Made by a program: the position numbers and the translations under genes
Part shown: positions 24,368 through 32,000 of the stretch, in pieces
Numbering within the stretch: the stretch's first letter is position 1
Layout of the letters: every line of letters begins with the position of its first letter
The notes under the pieces: generated by a model
What the model saw: only the letters and a program-made list of their open reading frames with translations
What the model was told of the DNA's origin: nothing
Database searches by the model: none
From: Allobaculum fili
GTDB lineage: Bacteria; Bacillota_I; Bacilli_A; Erysipelotrichales; Erysipelotrichaceae
Length of the DNA stretch: 32,000 nucleotides
NCBI RefSeq assembly: GCF_020969955.1
Contig: NZ_JAHDSX010000011.1
Coordinates: 30,001-62,000, forward strand
Reading direction: 5' to 3'

Positions 24368-26158
24368 ATGAGCCCTTTGATTACCCAGTATGTCGCCACG
24401 GCCAGGCAGGCCCGCGAGGCCGATCATCAGGCGATCGACGGCCTGAAAATTCCATCCCTCATTTTGATGGAAAACGCCGCCCAGAGCGTCTGTCGATCCA
24501 TACAGAAGCACGATTTTTCCAAGGACGCAAAACGCATTCTGATTGTATGCGGTCCGGGAAACAACGGCGCCGACGGTCTGGCCTGCGCCCGGATTCTGCT
24601 GCTTCAAAATCGCGCGGTTCGCGTCTTCGTTAACCTCGATACACTCTCGGGCGATGGAAAAATCCAGCTGCAGGCACTCGCCGAGCTGGCCATAAGCAAC
24701 GCCTGCAGTCTGACGTGTCTCTTTGTAAACAAGGCGCTCGAAAGAAAAGGCCAGCTCTGGCGCTTTGACGCCGGAGCAAAGACGGACGCAGAAAAACCAG
24801 ACGACGCAGACAATTCAGACAAGGAAACTCTGGAGAATCTGAAGACTCTGGACAGGAATTCAGGCGAAAATTCAGAGGGTGCCTTTGCGGCTTATGGACT
24901 CGATCGTCTTCCCTCTCAGATCGTCCCGCTTCTCAACACGTTAAAAGAGGAAGCAGAGCATGCGGATCTTCTGGTCGATGCCCTGTTTGGAAACGGACTC
25001 AACCGGACGCTGCAGGCACCGTTTTGCGACTACGTGAATCTGCTGAACAAAGCGAAAACGCCGATCGTTTCCATCGATGTCCCCTCGGGCATCGACGGCA
25101 CGACAGGCAAAGTTCTCGGCAGTGCCATTCGGGCGGATTTAACCGTTGCGCTGGACTGCCTCAAGTGGGGTCTGCTTTTAAACAACGGACCGGCCCATGC
25201 CGGATCGATCGAAATCGCCGACATCGGCATTCCCGCCTTTCTGCACGAAAAAGCCGCCGAGCCAAAGCTGTTCACCCGCAAGGACGCGCTTGAATATCTC
25301 CCCCGTCGTTCCAATTTTTCCCACAAGGGTACGTTTGGCAAGCTGCTGCTCTGCGGCGGCAGTGCGCGCATGCAGGGGGCGATTTGCATGAGCGCCAAAG
25401 CCGCGTTTTCAAGCGGATGCGGTACGCTCACCCTGTTTACCCCCAAAGACGCCGCGAAAGCCATTGCCGCCAAAATGGATCTGGCCATGATTTTACGGGC
25501 CGATCAGGATGCGGAAGGCTGGTTTGCGCCCGGCTCCGCCAAGCTGCTTTCAACGGCAATCGATCGCTGCGATGTGATCGGCGCCGGCAATGGCATGGGC
25601 ACCGGTCTGGGTGCGCAGGAAGTCGTCCAGGAAGTTCTCAAAGCCGACAGGCCGTGTGTTCTCGACGCGGACGCGATCAATATCCTTTCTCTGGATAACC
25701 ACATTCAATGGCTGGACGCGCATGACGAACCGATTATTCTCACGCCCCATCTGATGGAATTTGCGCGTCTCGTTCACGCCCCGCTTGAACAGGTAGAAAG
25801 CGATCCGCTGACGCTCGCGCAGGACTTCTGCGCGAAGCATCCGCAAGTGACGCTCGTGCTCAAATCGGATTTCACGCTCGTCTGCTCCCAGAATTCGCAC
25901 TTTGTGATTCATCGTCCCGACTCCGCACTGGCCAAGGGCGGAAGCGGCGATGCGCTCTGCGGCATCATCAGCGGTCTGCTTTCCGCCGGACTCAAGCCCG
26001 ACCAGGCAGCCGTTCTTGGGGCCTGGATTCATAACGAAAGCGCCAGAGCCGCCAGATCGCCCTGGAGCTTCTCTCCGGAAAAGCTGATCGACGCGCTGGA
26101 AGATACGTTTCACTCACTCGAGTGCGAACAGCACGAAGCCGATCGATCCGTCCTTTAA
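24368..26158 (+). CDS. nnr: Bifunctional NAD(P)H-hydrate repair enzyme Nnr (epimerase plus ADP-dependent dehydratase)
   Basis: The YjeF_N domain is marked by VCGPGNNGADG, DALFGNGLNR and VSIDVPSG. The C-terminal carbohydrate-kinase-like domain is marked by HKGTFGKLLLCGGS and KGGSGDALCGIISG. The ATG at 24368 directly abuts AAGGAGG, so the TTG at 24377 (9-nt spacing) may be the real start. Confidence 0.9.
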   Translation: MSPLITQYVATARQAREADHQAIDGLKIPSLILMENAAQSVCRSIQKHDFSKDAKRILIVCGPGNNGADGLACARILLLQNRAVRVFVNLDTLSGDGKIQLQALAELAISNACSLTCLFVNKALERKGQLWRFDAGAKTDAEKPDDADNSDKETLENLKTLDRNSGENSEGAFAAYGLDRLPSQIVPLLNTLKEEAEHADLLVDALFGNGLNRTLQAPFCDYVNLLNKAKTPIVSIDVPSGIDGTTGKVLGSAIRADLTVALDCLKWGLLLNNGPAHAGSIEIADIGIPAFLHEKAAEPKLFTRKDALEYLPRRSNFSHKGTFGKLLLCGGSARMQGAICMSAKAAFSSGCGTLTLFTPKDAAKAIAAKMDLAMILRADQDAEGWFAPGSAKLLSTAIDRCDVIGAGNGMGTGLGAQEVVQEVLKADRPCVLDADAINILSLDNHIQWLDAHDEPIILTPHLMEFARLVHAPLEQVESDPLTLAQDFCAKHPQVTLVLKSDFTLVCSQNSHFVIHRPDSALAKGGSGDALCGIISGLLSAGLKPDQAAVLGAWIHNESARAARSPWSFSPEKLIDALEDTFHSLECEQHEADRSVL

Positions 26159-26190
26159 CAAAGACGGTTTCTCAGGCCTATCTAAAAATC

Positions 26191-26237
26191 AAAAACTGGA
26201 TGGTTCTGCAGCGTATGCAGAGGCCATCCAGTTTTTT
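26191..26237. terminator. Bidirectional rho-independent terminator between nnr and the convergent small-ORF pair
   Basis: AAAAACTGGATGG...CCATCCAGTTTTTT with an inner stem TCTGCA/TGCAGA. T-runs follow the stem on both strands. Confidence 0.75.
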
Positions 26238-26255
26238 GGTTAAAGAGATATTGCT

Positions 26256-26600
26256 TTATTTGTGAAGCGGGCGAAGCTCCAGTTCGAGATAGTAAAGAAG
26301 CGGATCGAACATTTTCGTATTGAAGGCGTACGCCCAGTAATTTTCGGTACCGTTTCGCTCTTCTTCGCTGTCCCAGTCGTTATCCCAGCGCGCAAGAATG
26401 CGCTCTTTCTGTTCTGATGTGACTTCGGCACTGCCCATGAACTCCAGACAGTTTTCAAGCGACGTTTCTTCACGAAACGGCGAGCAGCTAAGCTGCGGAA
26501 CGTCTTCCCTGAGACAAGCGATGACACTCTGCGCCAGCTCTTCATCGCGTGTGGAGACGACGGCGCGCAGCGTGAGATTAAAGCGCGGTGTCGAGGACAT
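26256..26600 (-). CDS. Hypothetical acidic protein (second of two overlapping small ORFs)
   Basis: The ORF is open from 26618 and the first ATG is at 26600. It overlaps the upstream ORF by 23 nt, has no clear RBS, and ends WDNDWDSEEERNGTENYWAYAFN...LELELRPLHK. I recognise no family. Confidence 0.45.
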   Translation of the reverse strand: MSSTPRFNLTLRAVVSTRDEELAQSVIACLREDVPQLSCSPFREETSLENCLEFMGSAEVTSEQKERILARWDNDWDSEEERNGTENYWAYAFNTKMFDPLLYYLELELRPLHK

Positions 26601-26862
26601 AGGCGGCCAGCTTTTCAATATTGGTGTCGTTGACTTTGGAGAAAATCTTGCCCATGGAGAAGTTCAGAACCGCTACCGGAATTTCATCATTTTCTCTGGC
26701 GATGGTAAACGTACCGATCGCGTCTCCATAAAAGACGTCGAAGACGTAGACGGTTCTTTCGCCGTCTTTTTCTTCAGAGCGAAGCTCCGCCTTGAAATCT
26801 TCCTTATTTTTCAGAATATTGCGAACCGCATTGGCTGCGGTCAGAGATACTTTCTTAGCCAT
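26578..26862 (-). CDS. Hypothetical small protein (first of two overlapping small ORFs)
   Basis: MAKKVSLTAANAVRNILKNKEDF...TVYVFDVFYGDAIGTFTIARENDEIPVAVLNF... The ATG at 26862 is preceded by a purine-rich AGAGAGAAAG. The ATG at 26901 has no RBS. Confidence 0.5.
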   Translation of the reverse strand: MAKKVSLTAANAVRNILKNKEDFKAELRSEEKDGERTVYVFDVFYGDAIGTFTIARENDEIPVAVLNFSMGKIFSKVNDTNIEKLAAYVLDTAL

Positions 26863-26999
26863 TTTCTTTCTCTCTTTCTTTTTCTCGTGGACGAAACGCA
26901 TCAGCCGATCATACAGGTGCTCAAATTCGCTGAAAACGTCCAGATTCTGTTTTCATTTTAACTAAGCCTTTTACCCGATTCAACCAGAGGCCAAAGACA

Positions 27000-27030
27000 A
27001 AGCCGGTCCGGCGCAGGGACGGATCGGCTT
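27000..27030 (-). terminator. Probable terminator of the DUF1846 gene
   Basis: In minus sense: AAGCCGAUCCG-ucccugcgc-CGGACCGGCUU (11 bp with one mismatch) followed by UGUCUUUGG. Confidence 0.4.
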
Positions 27031-27087
27031 GAGTGTGTGTAAAATCGGAGAACCGATCGAAATCGATTCAGAAATATCGGGATGGTT

Positions 27088-28548
27088 CTAGCGCTTCTGC
27101 GGTTCGTAGGTAACCTGAATGCCCAGCGAATTGTAGGTGTTCAGATCCGTATCGGCCAGATCGCCGCAGATGTGCGCCTGGGTTCCGCGCAGCTTGGGCA
27201 GCTGTTCGAGCGCCATGGCGGCTTCCGGATTGTTCTGAGCCGAGAGCGACAGGGCGATCAGCGTTTCAAACGTGTGAAGGCGCGGGTTGATGGAACCCAT
27301 GTATTCGGTTTTGAGATTCTGGATTGGGCGGAAGGCTTCCGGTTCAATGAGCAGGTGGGAATCTTCAATACCGGCCAGTTTCTTAATGGCGTTCATCACC
27401 AGACCGGCGGACGGACCCATGAAATCGTTATTGGCTGAGCCGATCATTGTGCCGTCATCCAGCTCCAGAGCGCCGCAGGGCACTTTACGAACGGCAGCAC
27501 GGTCACGGGCGGCTTTGACGCATTTGCGGTCTTCCGGCGTGATCTGGCATTTCTGCAGAAGCATTTCCTGACGCTGCAGTTCATCCTGACCGCATTCGTC
27601 GAGCAGGAAGCGGGTGCGGCTTGCAAAATAGCGGCGGACAATTTCCTGAATAGCGGCTTCGCGCACGGCCTGGTCATCGTAAATGCAGAAACCGACCATG
27701 TTGACGCCCATATCCGTCGGGGAATTGTAAGGAGACGAGCCGTAAATTTCTTCAAACATCTTTTTGAGAACCGGGAAAATTTCAATGTCGCGGTTGTAGT
27801 TGATGGCGACTTTGCCGTACGCCTCGAAATGGAACGGGTCGATCATGTTCTTGTCATCGAGATCGGCAGTCGCCGCTTCATACGCTTCATTGACCGGATG
27901 ATTCAGCGGCAGCGACCATACCGGGAACGTTTCAAACTTGGCGTAGCCCGCTTTGATGCCGCGCTGGTTTTCATGGTAAAGCTGGGAAAGACATGTTGCC
28001 ATTTTTCCCGAACCGGGACCTGGCGCCGTAACGACAACGAGCTGACGCTCGGTTTCGATGTAGTCGTTCTTGCCAAAACCGTCCTTGGAAATAATGTGGC
28101 GGGTATCCGTTGGATAGCCTTCAATTACATAGTGGTAGTACACCTTGATGTTTTTCTTGTGCAGCTGGCGTTTCAGTTTCTGGGCACTCTTCTGTCCGGA
28201 ATACTGGGTAATTACGACCGAGCTGACAAAAAGGCCGGCTTTCTGGAACTCTTCAATCAGACGAAGAACGTCCTGATCGTAGGAAATCTGCAGGTCCTCA
28301 CGGATTTTCGCCGCTTCAATATCCTTGGCGGAAATGGCGATGACCACTTCGGCTTCATCCTTTAATTCCAGCAGCATCTGCAGCTTGGAATCCGGCTGGA
28401 ATCCCGGCAGAACGCGGCTCGCGTGAAAATCATCAAAAAGCTTTCCTCCGAATTCGAGGTACAGCTTGCCTCCAAAAGAATCAATCCGCTTTCGAATCTG
28501 ATCGGACTGAATTTTCAAATATTCATTATTATCAAAACCCTGTTTCAT
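27088..28548 (-). CDS. UPF0371/DUF1846 family protein
   Basis: MKQGFDNNEYLKIQSDQIRKRIDSFGGKLYLEFGGKLFDDFHASRVLPGF matches the conserved N-terminus of UPF0371 proteins of Firmicutes as I remember them. The ATG at 28548 has GGGAGG upstream. The ORF-track start at 28725 is a 59-aa extension. Confidence 0.88.
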   Translation of the reverse strand: MKQGFDNNEYLKIQSDQIRKRIDSFGGKLYLEFGGKLFDDFHASRVLPGFQPDSKLQMLLELKDEAEVVIAISAKDIEAAKIREDLQISYDQDVLRLIEEFQKAGLFVSSVVITQYSGQKSAQKLKRQLHKKNIKVYYHYVIEGYPTDTRHIISKDGFGKNDYIETERQLVVVTAPGPGSGKMATCLSQLYHENQRGIKAGYAKFETFPVWSLPLNHPVNEAYEAATADLDDKNMIDPFHFEAYGKVAINYNRDIEIFPVLKKMFEEIYGSSPYNSPTDMGVNMVGFCIYDDQAVREAAIQEIVRRYFASRTRFLLDECGQDELQRQEMLLQKCQITPEDRKCVKAARDRAAVRKVPCGALELDDGTMIGSANNDFMGPSAGLVMNAIKKLAGIEDSHLLIEPEAFRPIQNLKTEYMGSINPRLHTFETLIALSLSAQNNPEAAMALEQLPKLRGTQAHICGDLADTDLNTYNSLGIQVTYEPQKR

Positions 28549-28752
28549 GTTTTCGCCTCCCGTTTTCAGCTTGATTGTAGCACAAGAAAAGAGTGCTGAT
28601 TTTCTGGAAAGTCTGTGTGCCCTTTCCTGCGTCCATCCGCTTGAATCTGCCCTTTTTTTCGCCTCGTGTAAAGCCGAAGCCGTCTGTCGACGGCAGGCTT
28701 CCGGGGCCGGACTTGAAAGGTTCATCTTTCGTTGTCACAATATCGGAAGACC

Positions 28753-30675
28753 ATGAACAACCGTACCTATCCGCCGATTCATAAGGCGCTGAAAAAATAT
28801 TATGGCTATGACGAATTCCGTCCGGGACAGATCGATCTGATCTGCGCGCTCTTAGACGGCCGCGATGTGCTGGGCATTATGCCGACCGGCGCAGGCAAGT
28901 CGGTGTGCTACCAGATCCCGGCGGTTTTTCTTCCGGGAATCACGCTGGTCATTTCGCCGCTGATCTCGCTGATGAAAGACCAGGTTGCCGCGCTGAACCA
29001 GGCCGGCATTCCCGCCGCGTTTCTGAACAGCTCGCTCAATTCCGGCCAGTATCGCAAAGCCCTCTATTTCGCTTCGCAGGGCCGCTACAAAATCATTTAT
29101 GTGGCACCGGAACGTCTGTTAACGCCCGCCTTTTTAAACTTTGCGCAGTCGATGAACATTTCCATGATCGCGGTCGATGAAGCGCACTGCGTGTCGCAGT
29201 GGGGCCAGAACTTCCGTCCCAGCTATCTCGACATTGCCGAATTCGCGCAGAAGCTGCCGAAACGCCCGATTCTCGCGGCGTTTACCGCCACAGCCACCGG
29301 ACCGGTCAAGGACGATATCCTTCACATGTTAAATCTGAAGGATCCAAAACTTCTCGTCACCGGTTTTGACCGGCCAAACCTGTATTTTGAAGTGCAGCAG
29401 CCCCGCGACAAGATGAAAGCCATCCAGTATTATCTTGAGGAGCATCCCGGCCAGAGCGGCATCATCTACTGCCAGACACGCAAGGAAACCGAAGAAGTCG
29501 CGCAGGCGCTCTGCGAAGCCGGCTTCCCATGCACCCGCTATCATGCCGGACTCGATGATACGGAACGCTCCCGCAACCAGGACGATTTCCAGTTTGACAG
29601 GGTTCCGCTCATTGCGGCGACCTCCGCGTTTGGCATGGGCATCAACAAGTCGAACGTGCGCTTTGTCATTCACTATTCCCTGCCCCAGTCGCTTGAAAAC
29701 TACTATCAGGAAGCGGGCCGTGCCGGACGCGACGGCGCTCCGGCGGAATGCATTTTACTGTTCGCGCCGGCCGACATCATGGTCAGCAAGTTTCTGATTG
29801 AATGCTCCAACGAAGACAATCCCGATCAGGAGCGGCGCGATCTGCACCGTCTGAACCAGATGGTCGACTACTGCAAGACGACCGCCTGCCTGCGCGCGAC
29901 CATTCTTTCCTATTTTGGCGAAACGTCTGCGGGCACCTGCGACAACTGTTCCAACTGCAAAGGCGAATGGGAAGACGAAGACATTTCCCAGGAAGCGGCG
30001 AAAATTTCCAAGGCGATCGACGCGATGCCCCGCGCCTACGGTCTCAATACCGTGCGCGATTTTCTTGCCGGCGCCAGTACGAAAAAAATCCGGGAAGCGT
30101 ATCTCGATCACGTCGAAGGCTACGGCAGTCTGAAAAATCTGTCGAAAGAGCAGATTGCCTCGCTTCTCGAAAGTCTGATCATGAAAGGCTATCTGCAGCG
30201 CTCATCCGATCGCTGGCAGGTCATTTACGGCAGCCGTAAACTCCGCGAAGATTTAAAAAAGGGCACACTGATTACGATGCGCCGTCCCAAACGGCACTCC
30301 CTGCCGGAAGGCTCGCGGACGGGCACAAACCGTTCCGCCAGCCGGTCCGCACTTTCGAATACTTCGCGTTCAATTGCCTCTTCCCTCTCTTCCCCTGGCG
30401 ATTCTGCCGACGCGTTCGATACCGCTCTCTTTGACCGGCTCCGACAGAAGCGACTGGATCTAGCCAAAGCCCGCGGTCTTCCGCCGTATATCATTTTCTC
30501 GGATGCCACGCTCATGGCGATGGCACGGGAAATGCCGCTTTCCGAAGACGAATTCATGGCCATCAACGGGGTCGGCCAGATCAAGTTCGAACGGTATGGA
30601 AAAGCCTTCCTCGGCGTCATTCAGGACTTCCTTTCCAAAGACGCGGGCGAAACCGGCACGGACACCGACAACTGA
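28753..30675 (+). CDS. recQ: ATP-dependent DNA helicase RecQ
   Basis: FGYDEFRPGQ, PTGAGKS, VDEAHCVSQWGQNFRPSY and ATSAFGMGINK are present. The Zn-binding CxxC cluster (CDNCSNC) and a C-terminal HRDC-like domain (LFDRLRQKRLDLAKARGLPPYIIFSDATL) follow. The ATG at 28753 is preferred over the TTG at 28732. Confidence 0.92.
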   Translation: MNNRTYPPIHKALKKYYGYDEFRPGQIDLICALLDGRDVLGIMPTGAGKSVCYQIPAVFLPGITLVISPLISLMKDQVAALNQAGIPAAFLNSSLNSGQYRKALYFASQGRYKIIYVAPERLLTPAFLNFAQSMNISMIAVDEAHCVSQWGQNFRPSYLDIAEFAQKLPKRPILAAFTATATGPVKDDILHMLNLKDPKLLVTGFDRPNLYFEVQQPRDKMKAIQYYLEEHPGQSGIIYCQTRKETEEVAQALCEAGFPCTRYHAGLDDTERSRNQDDFQFDRVPLIAATSAFGMGINKSNVRFVIHYSLPQSLENYYQEAGRAGRDGAPAECILLFAPADIMVSKFLIECSNEDNPDQERRDLHRLNQMVDYCKTTACLRATILSYFGETSAGTCDNCSNCKGEWEDEDISQEAAKISKAIDAMPRAYGLNTVRDFLAGASTKKIREAYLDHVEGYGSLKNLSKEQIASLLESLIMKGYLQRSSDRWQVIYGSRKLREDLKKGTLITMRRPKRHSLPEGSRTGTNRSASRSALSNTSRSIASSLSSPGDSADAFDTALFDRLRQKRLDLAKARGLPPYIIFSDATLMAMAREMPLSEDEFMAINGVGQIKFERYGKAFLGVIQDFLSKDAGETGTDTDN

Positions 30676-30712
30676 TCCCAAAAAGCAGGAAGCGAATAAA
30701 CAAAGAACAGAA

Positions 30713-30795
30713 AAAACGAAGCGCTCTCGAAAGCCGGGGACAGACATCCAAGTCGTTCGCTCTTTTGAAGCCGCTTCGTTTTCTTTTTGTTTTCG
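30713..30795 (+). terminator. Possible recQ terminator region
   Basis: AAAACGAAGCG (30713-30723) is complementary to CGCTTCGTTTT (30773-30783), and TTCTTTTTGTTTT follows. The enclosed loop is long (about 49 nt), so this is uncertain. Confidence 0.3.
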
Positions 30796-30816
30796 TAATC
30801 TTATTTCGTAATCTTA
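30791..30816. repeat. Perfect tandem duplication of a 13-bp unit
   Basis: TTTCGTAATCTTA occurs twice in tandem (30791-30803 and 30804-30816) in the convergent recQ/dapH intergenic region. Confidence 0.9.
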
Positions 30817-30939
30817 CTGGTTTTTATTTGAAGATCTGGGATTTTTCCAATTCACGCAGCCAGGTCACATGACGGAAGATTTGCCTGCGACAAAACGCTC
30901 TCTATTCCGCAAACGTCCTCTAAATCTAAAGCGCTATCG

Positions 30940-31623
30940 CTATAAAGTGCGCAGGGCGTCGACCAGAGCCGTTTTTGCGGCGGCCTTTTCATCTTTCTGC
31001 TTGATGATTCGAGCCGGGCAGCCGGCAACGACCGCATAGGGCGGGACATCTTCAATGACGATCGCCCCGGCGGCAACAACCGCATCGTGTCCGATGCGTA
31101 CGCCTTCGATCACGACCGCGTTGGCCCCGATCAAAACGTTGTCTTCCACGACAACCGGAACGGCGCTTGCCGGTTCAATTACACCGGCAAGAACGGCGCC
31201 GGCACCGATATGACAGTGCGCGCCGACGGTTGCACGCCCGCCCAGAATGGCGCCCATGTCGATCATCGTTCCTTCACCGACGATTGCGCCAATGTTCAGG
31301 ATGGCACCCATCATAATGACAGCGTTTTTTTCGATCGTTACCCCTTCGCGGATCAGCGCGCCCGGTTCAATGCGCGCGTCGATTTCCTTGAAGTCCAGCA
31401 GCGGGATCGCCGAATTGCGCCGGTCAAATTCCACGACGCAGTCTTCCAGCTCTTCGGCATGGGCCTCCAAAATCGGCGCGATCGTTTTCCATTCGCCAAA
31501 AACGATGTTTCCAAACGTACGGCAGCCGGGAAAATCGATTTCTCTGGCGGCTTTGTAGTAGACGCGGACCGGGGATTTCTTTTCCGAGGTCGCGATGCGT
31601 TCAATGATTTCCTGCGCGTTCAC
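30940..31623 (-). CDS. dapH: 2,3,4,5-tetrahydropyridine-2,6-dicarboxylate N-acetyltransferase (hexapeptide-repeat DapH type)
   Basis: The N-terminal DapH-type domain (VRVYYK...FG.W) is followed by left-handed beta-helix hexapeptide repeats ([42 protein letters not shown]). GTG start at 31623. Confidence 0.9.
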   Translation of the reverse strand: MNAQEIIERIATSEKKSPVRVYYKAAREIDFPGCRTFGNIVFGEWKTIAPILEAHAEELEDCVVEFDRRNSAIPLLDFKEIDARIEPGALIREGVTIEKNAVIMMGAILNIGAIVGEGTMIDMGAILGGRATVGAHCHIGAGAVLAGVIEPASAVPVVVEDNVLIGANAVVIEGVRIGHDAVVAAGAIVIEDVPPYAVVAGCPARIIKQKDEKAAAKTALVDALRTL

Positions 31624-32000
31624 GAACGGTCTCCGATCAGCTCTTTCATCGAATACAGACCGGTCGGTTTGTTTTCCATGAATTCGGCAGCATCGAGTGC
31701 GCCATTGACAAAGATCTGACGATTTTGCGCGCTGTGGGAAATTCGAATCGTTTCCTGATCGCCCAGAAACAGAATTTCATGATCGCCGGCGGCGCTTCCG
31801 CCACGCAGCGCGTGAATGCCGATTTCCTTCTTGCGCGGACCCGGTTTTCCATGCCGGCCAAAGACATGTTCGTATTCGTTTTGCGGATCGATGGCTTCCA
31901 GTAAAGACAGCGCCGTTCCGCTGGGCGCGTCGGCTTTCTGGCTGTGATGGAGTTCAACGATTTCCTTATCCCACGAGTCCAGAATAGCGGCTGCACGCGC
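31620..32000 (-). CDS. dapB: 4-hydroxy-tetrahydrodipicolinate reductase, C-terminal part (CDS continues past the window end)
   Basis: My own translation of the minus strand from 32000 gives ...[28 protein letters not shown]...[36 protein letters not shown]...LIGDRS*. This contains the DapB signature E(L)HHxxKxDAPSGTA. The stop TGA overlaps the dapH GTG (GTGA). It is not in the ORF track because it is open at the edge. Confidence 0.85.
   Translation of the reverse strand, partial: ARAAAILDSWDKEIVELHHSQKADAPSGTALSLLEAIDPQNEYEHVFGRHGKPGPRKKEIGIHALRGGSAAGDHEILFLGDQETIRISHSAQNRQIFVNGALDAAEFMENKPTGLYSMKELIGDRS

Noticed and set aside
25550-26113. 187-aa minus-strand ORF
   Set aside because: It lies antisense within nnr. 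The product is Arg-rich and there is no RBS.
31087-31719. 210-aa plus-strand ORF
   Set aside because: It lies antisense to dapH and dapB.
31646-31996. 116-aa minus-strand ORF
   Set aside because: This is the wrong frame. The neighbouring minus-strand frame, open to the window edge, encodes a clear DapB C-terminus ([15 protein letters not shown]).
1-32000. CRISPR arrays, IS elements, integrases, prophage or defence islands
   Set aside because: There are no regularly spaced direct repeats and no transposase, integrase or recombinase-like ORFs. I saw no terminal inverted repeats flanking an insertion. Gene content is core metabolism and translation throughout.

Overview
By eye this window is a moderately GC-rich, Firmicutes-type chromosomal segment (GC not computed). 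It shows GGAGG-type RBSs, many rho-independent terminators, a solitary ECF S-component, the DapH acetyltransferase branch of lysine synthesis and a DivIC/FtsB-like gene. Almost everything is housekeeping and nearly all genes are on the minus strand. In window order the minus-strand genes are: L-asparaginase (partial), an mglBAC-type sugar ABC operon with a fourth small gene, metG plus a coupled small membrane protein, an RDD-PHP fusion protein, a 627-aa secreted protein, dxr, glgP, an orphan OmpR-type winged-helix regulator, ftsB/divIC-like, mnmG, a MOP/MurJ-family flippase, two small overlapping hypotheticals, UPF0371/DUF1846, dapH and dapB (partial). The plus-strand genes are an ECF S-component coupled to a uridine-kinase-like protein and a DUF362 protein, then nnr and recQ. 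I found no CRISPR array, IS/transposase, integrase, phage gene, rRNA/tRNA or recognisable defence or toxin system, and I cannot honestly point to a clear novel multi-gene system. Five items seem most worth a second look. (1) A roughly 420-nt ORF-poor, GC-rich stretch lies between the ftsB-like stop codon and the first strong same-strand terminator, and could be a structured ncRNA or a long 3'UTR. (2) A membrane RDD domain is fused to a PHP phosphoesterase domain whose first metal-binding HxH motif reads HxR. (3) A receiver-less OmpR-type regulator sits behind a long purine-rich leader and an AT-rich tract carrying TTTATT repeats. (4) Two small overlapping ORFs would fuse into one roughly 200-aa protein after a 1-nt change in a T3 run. 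(5) An ECF S-component is translationally coupled (ATGA) to a P-loop kinase. Several ORF-track calls carry spurious N-terminal extensions, and RBS-supported starts are given instead.
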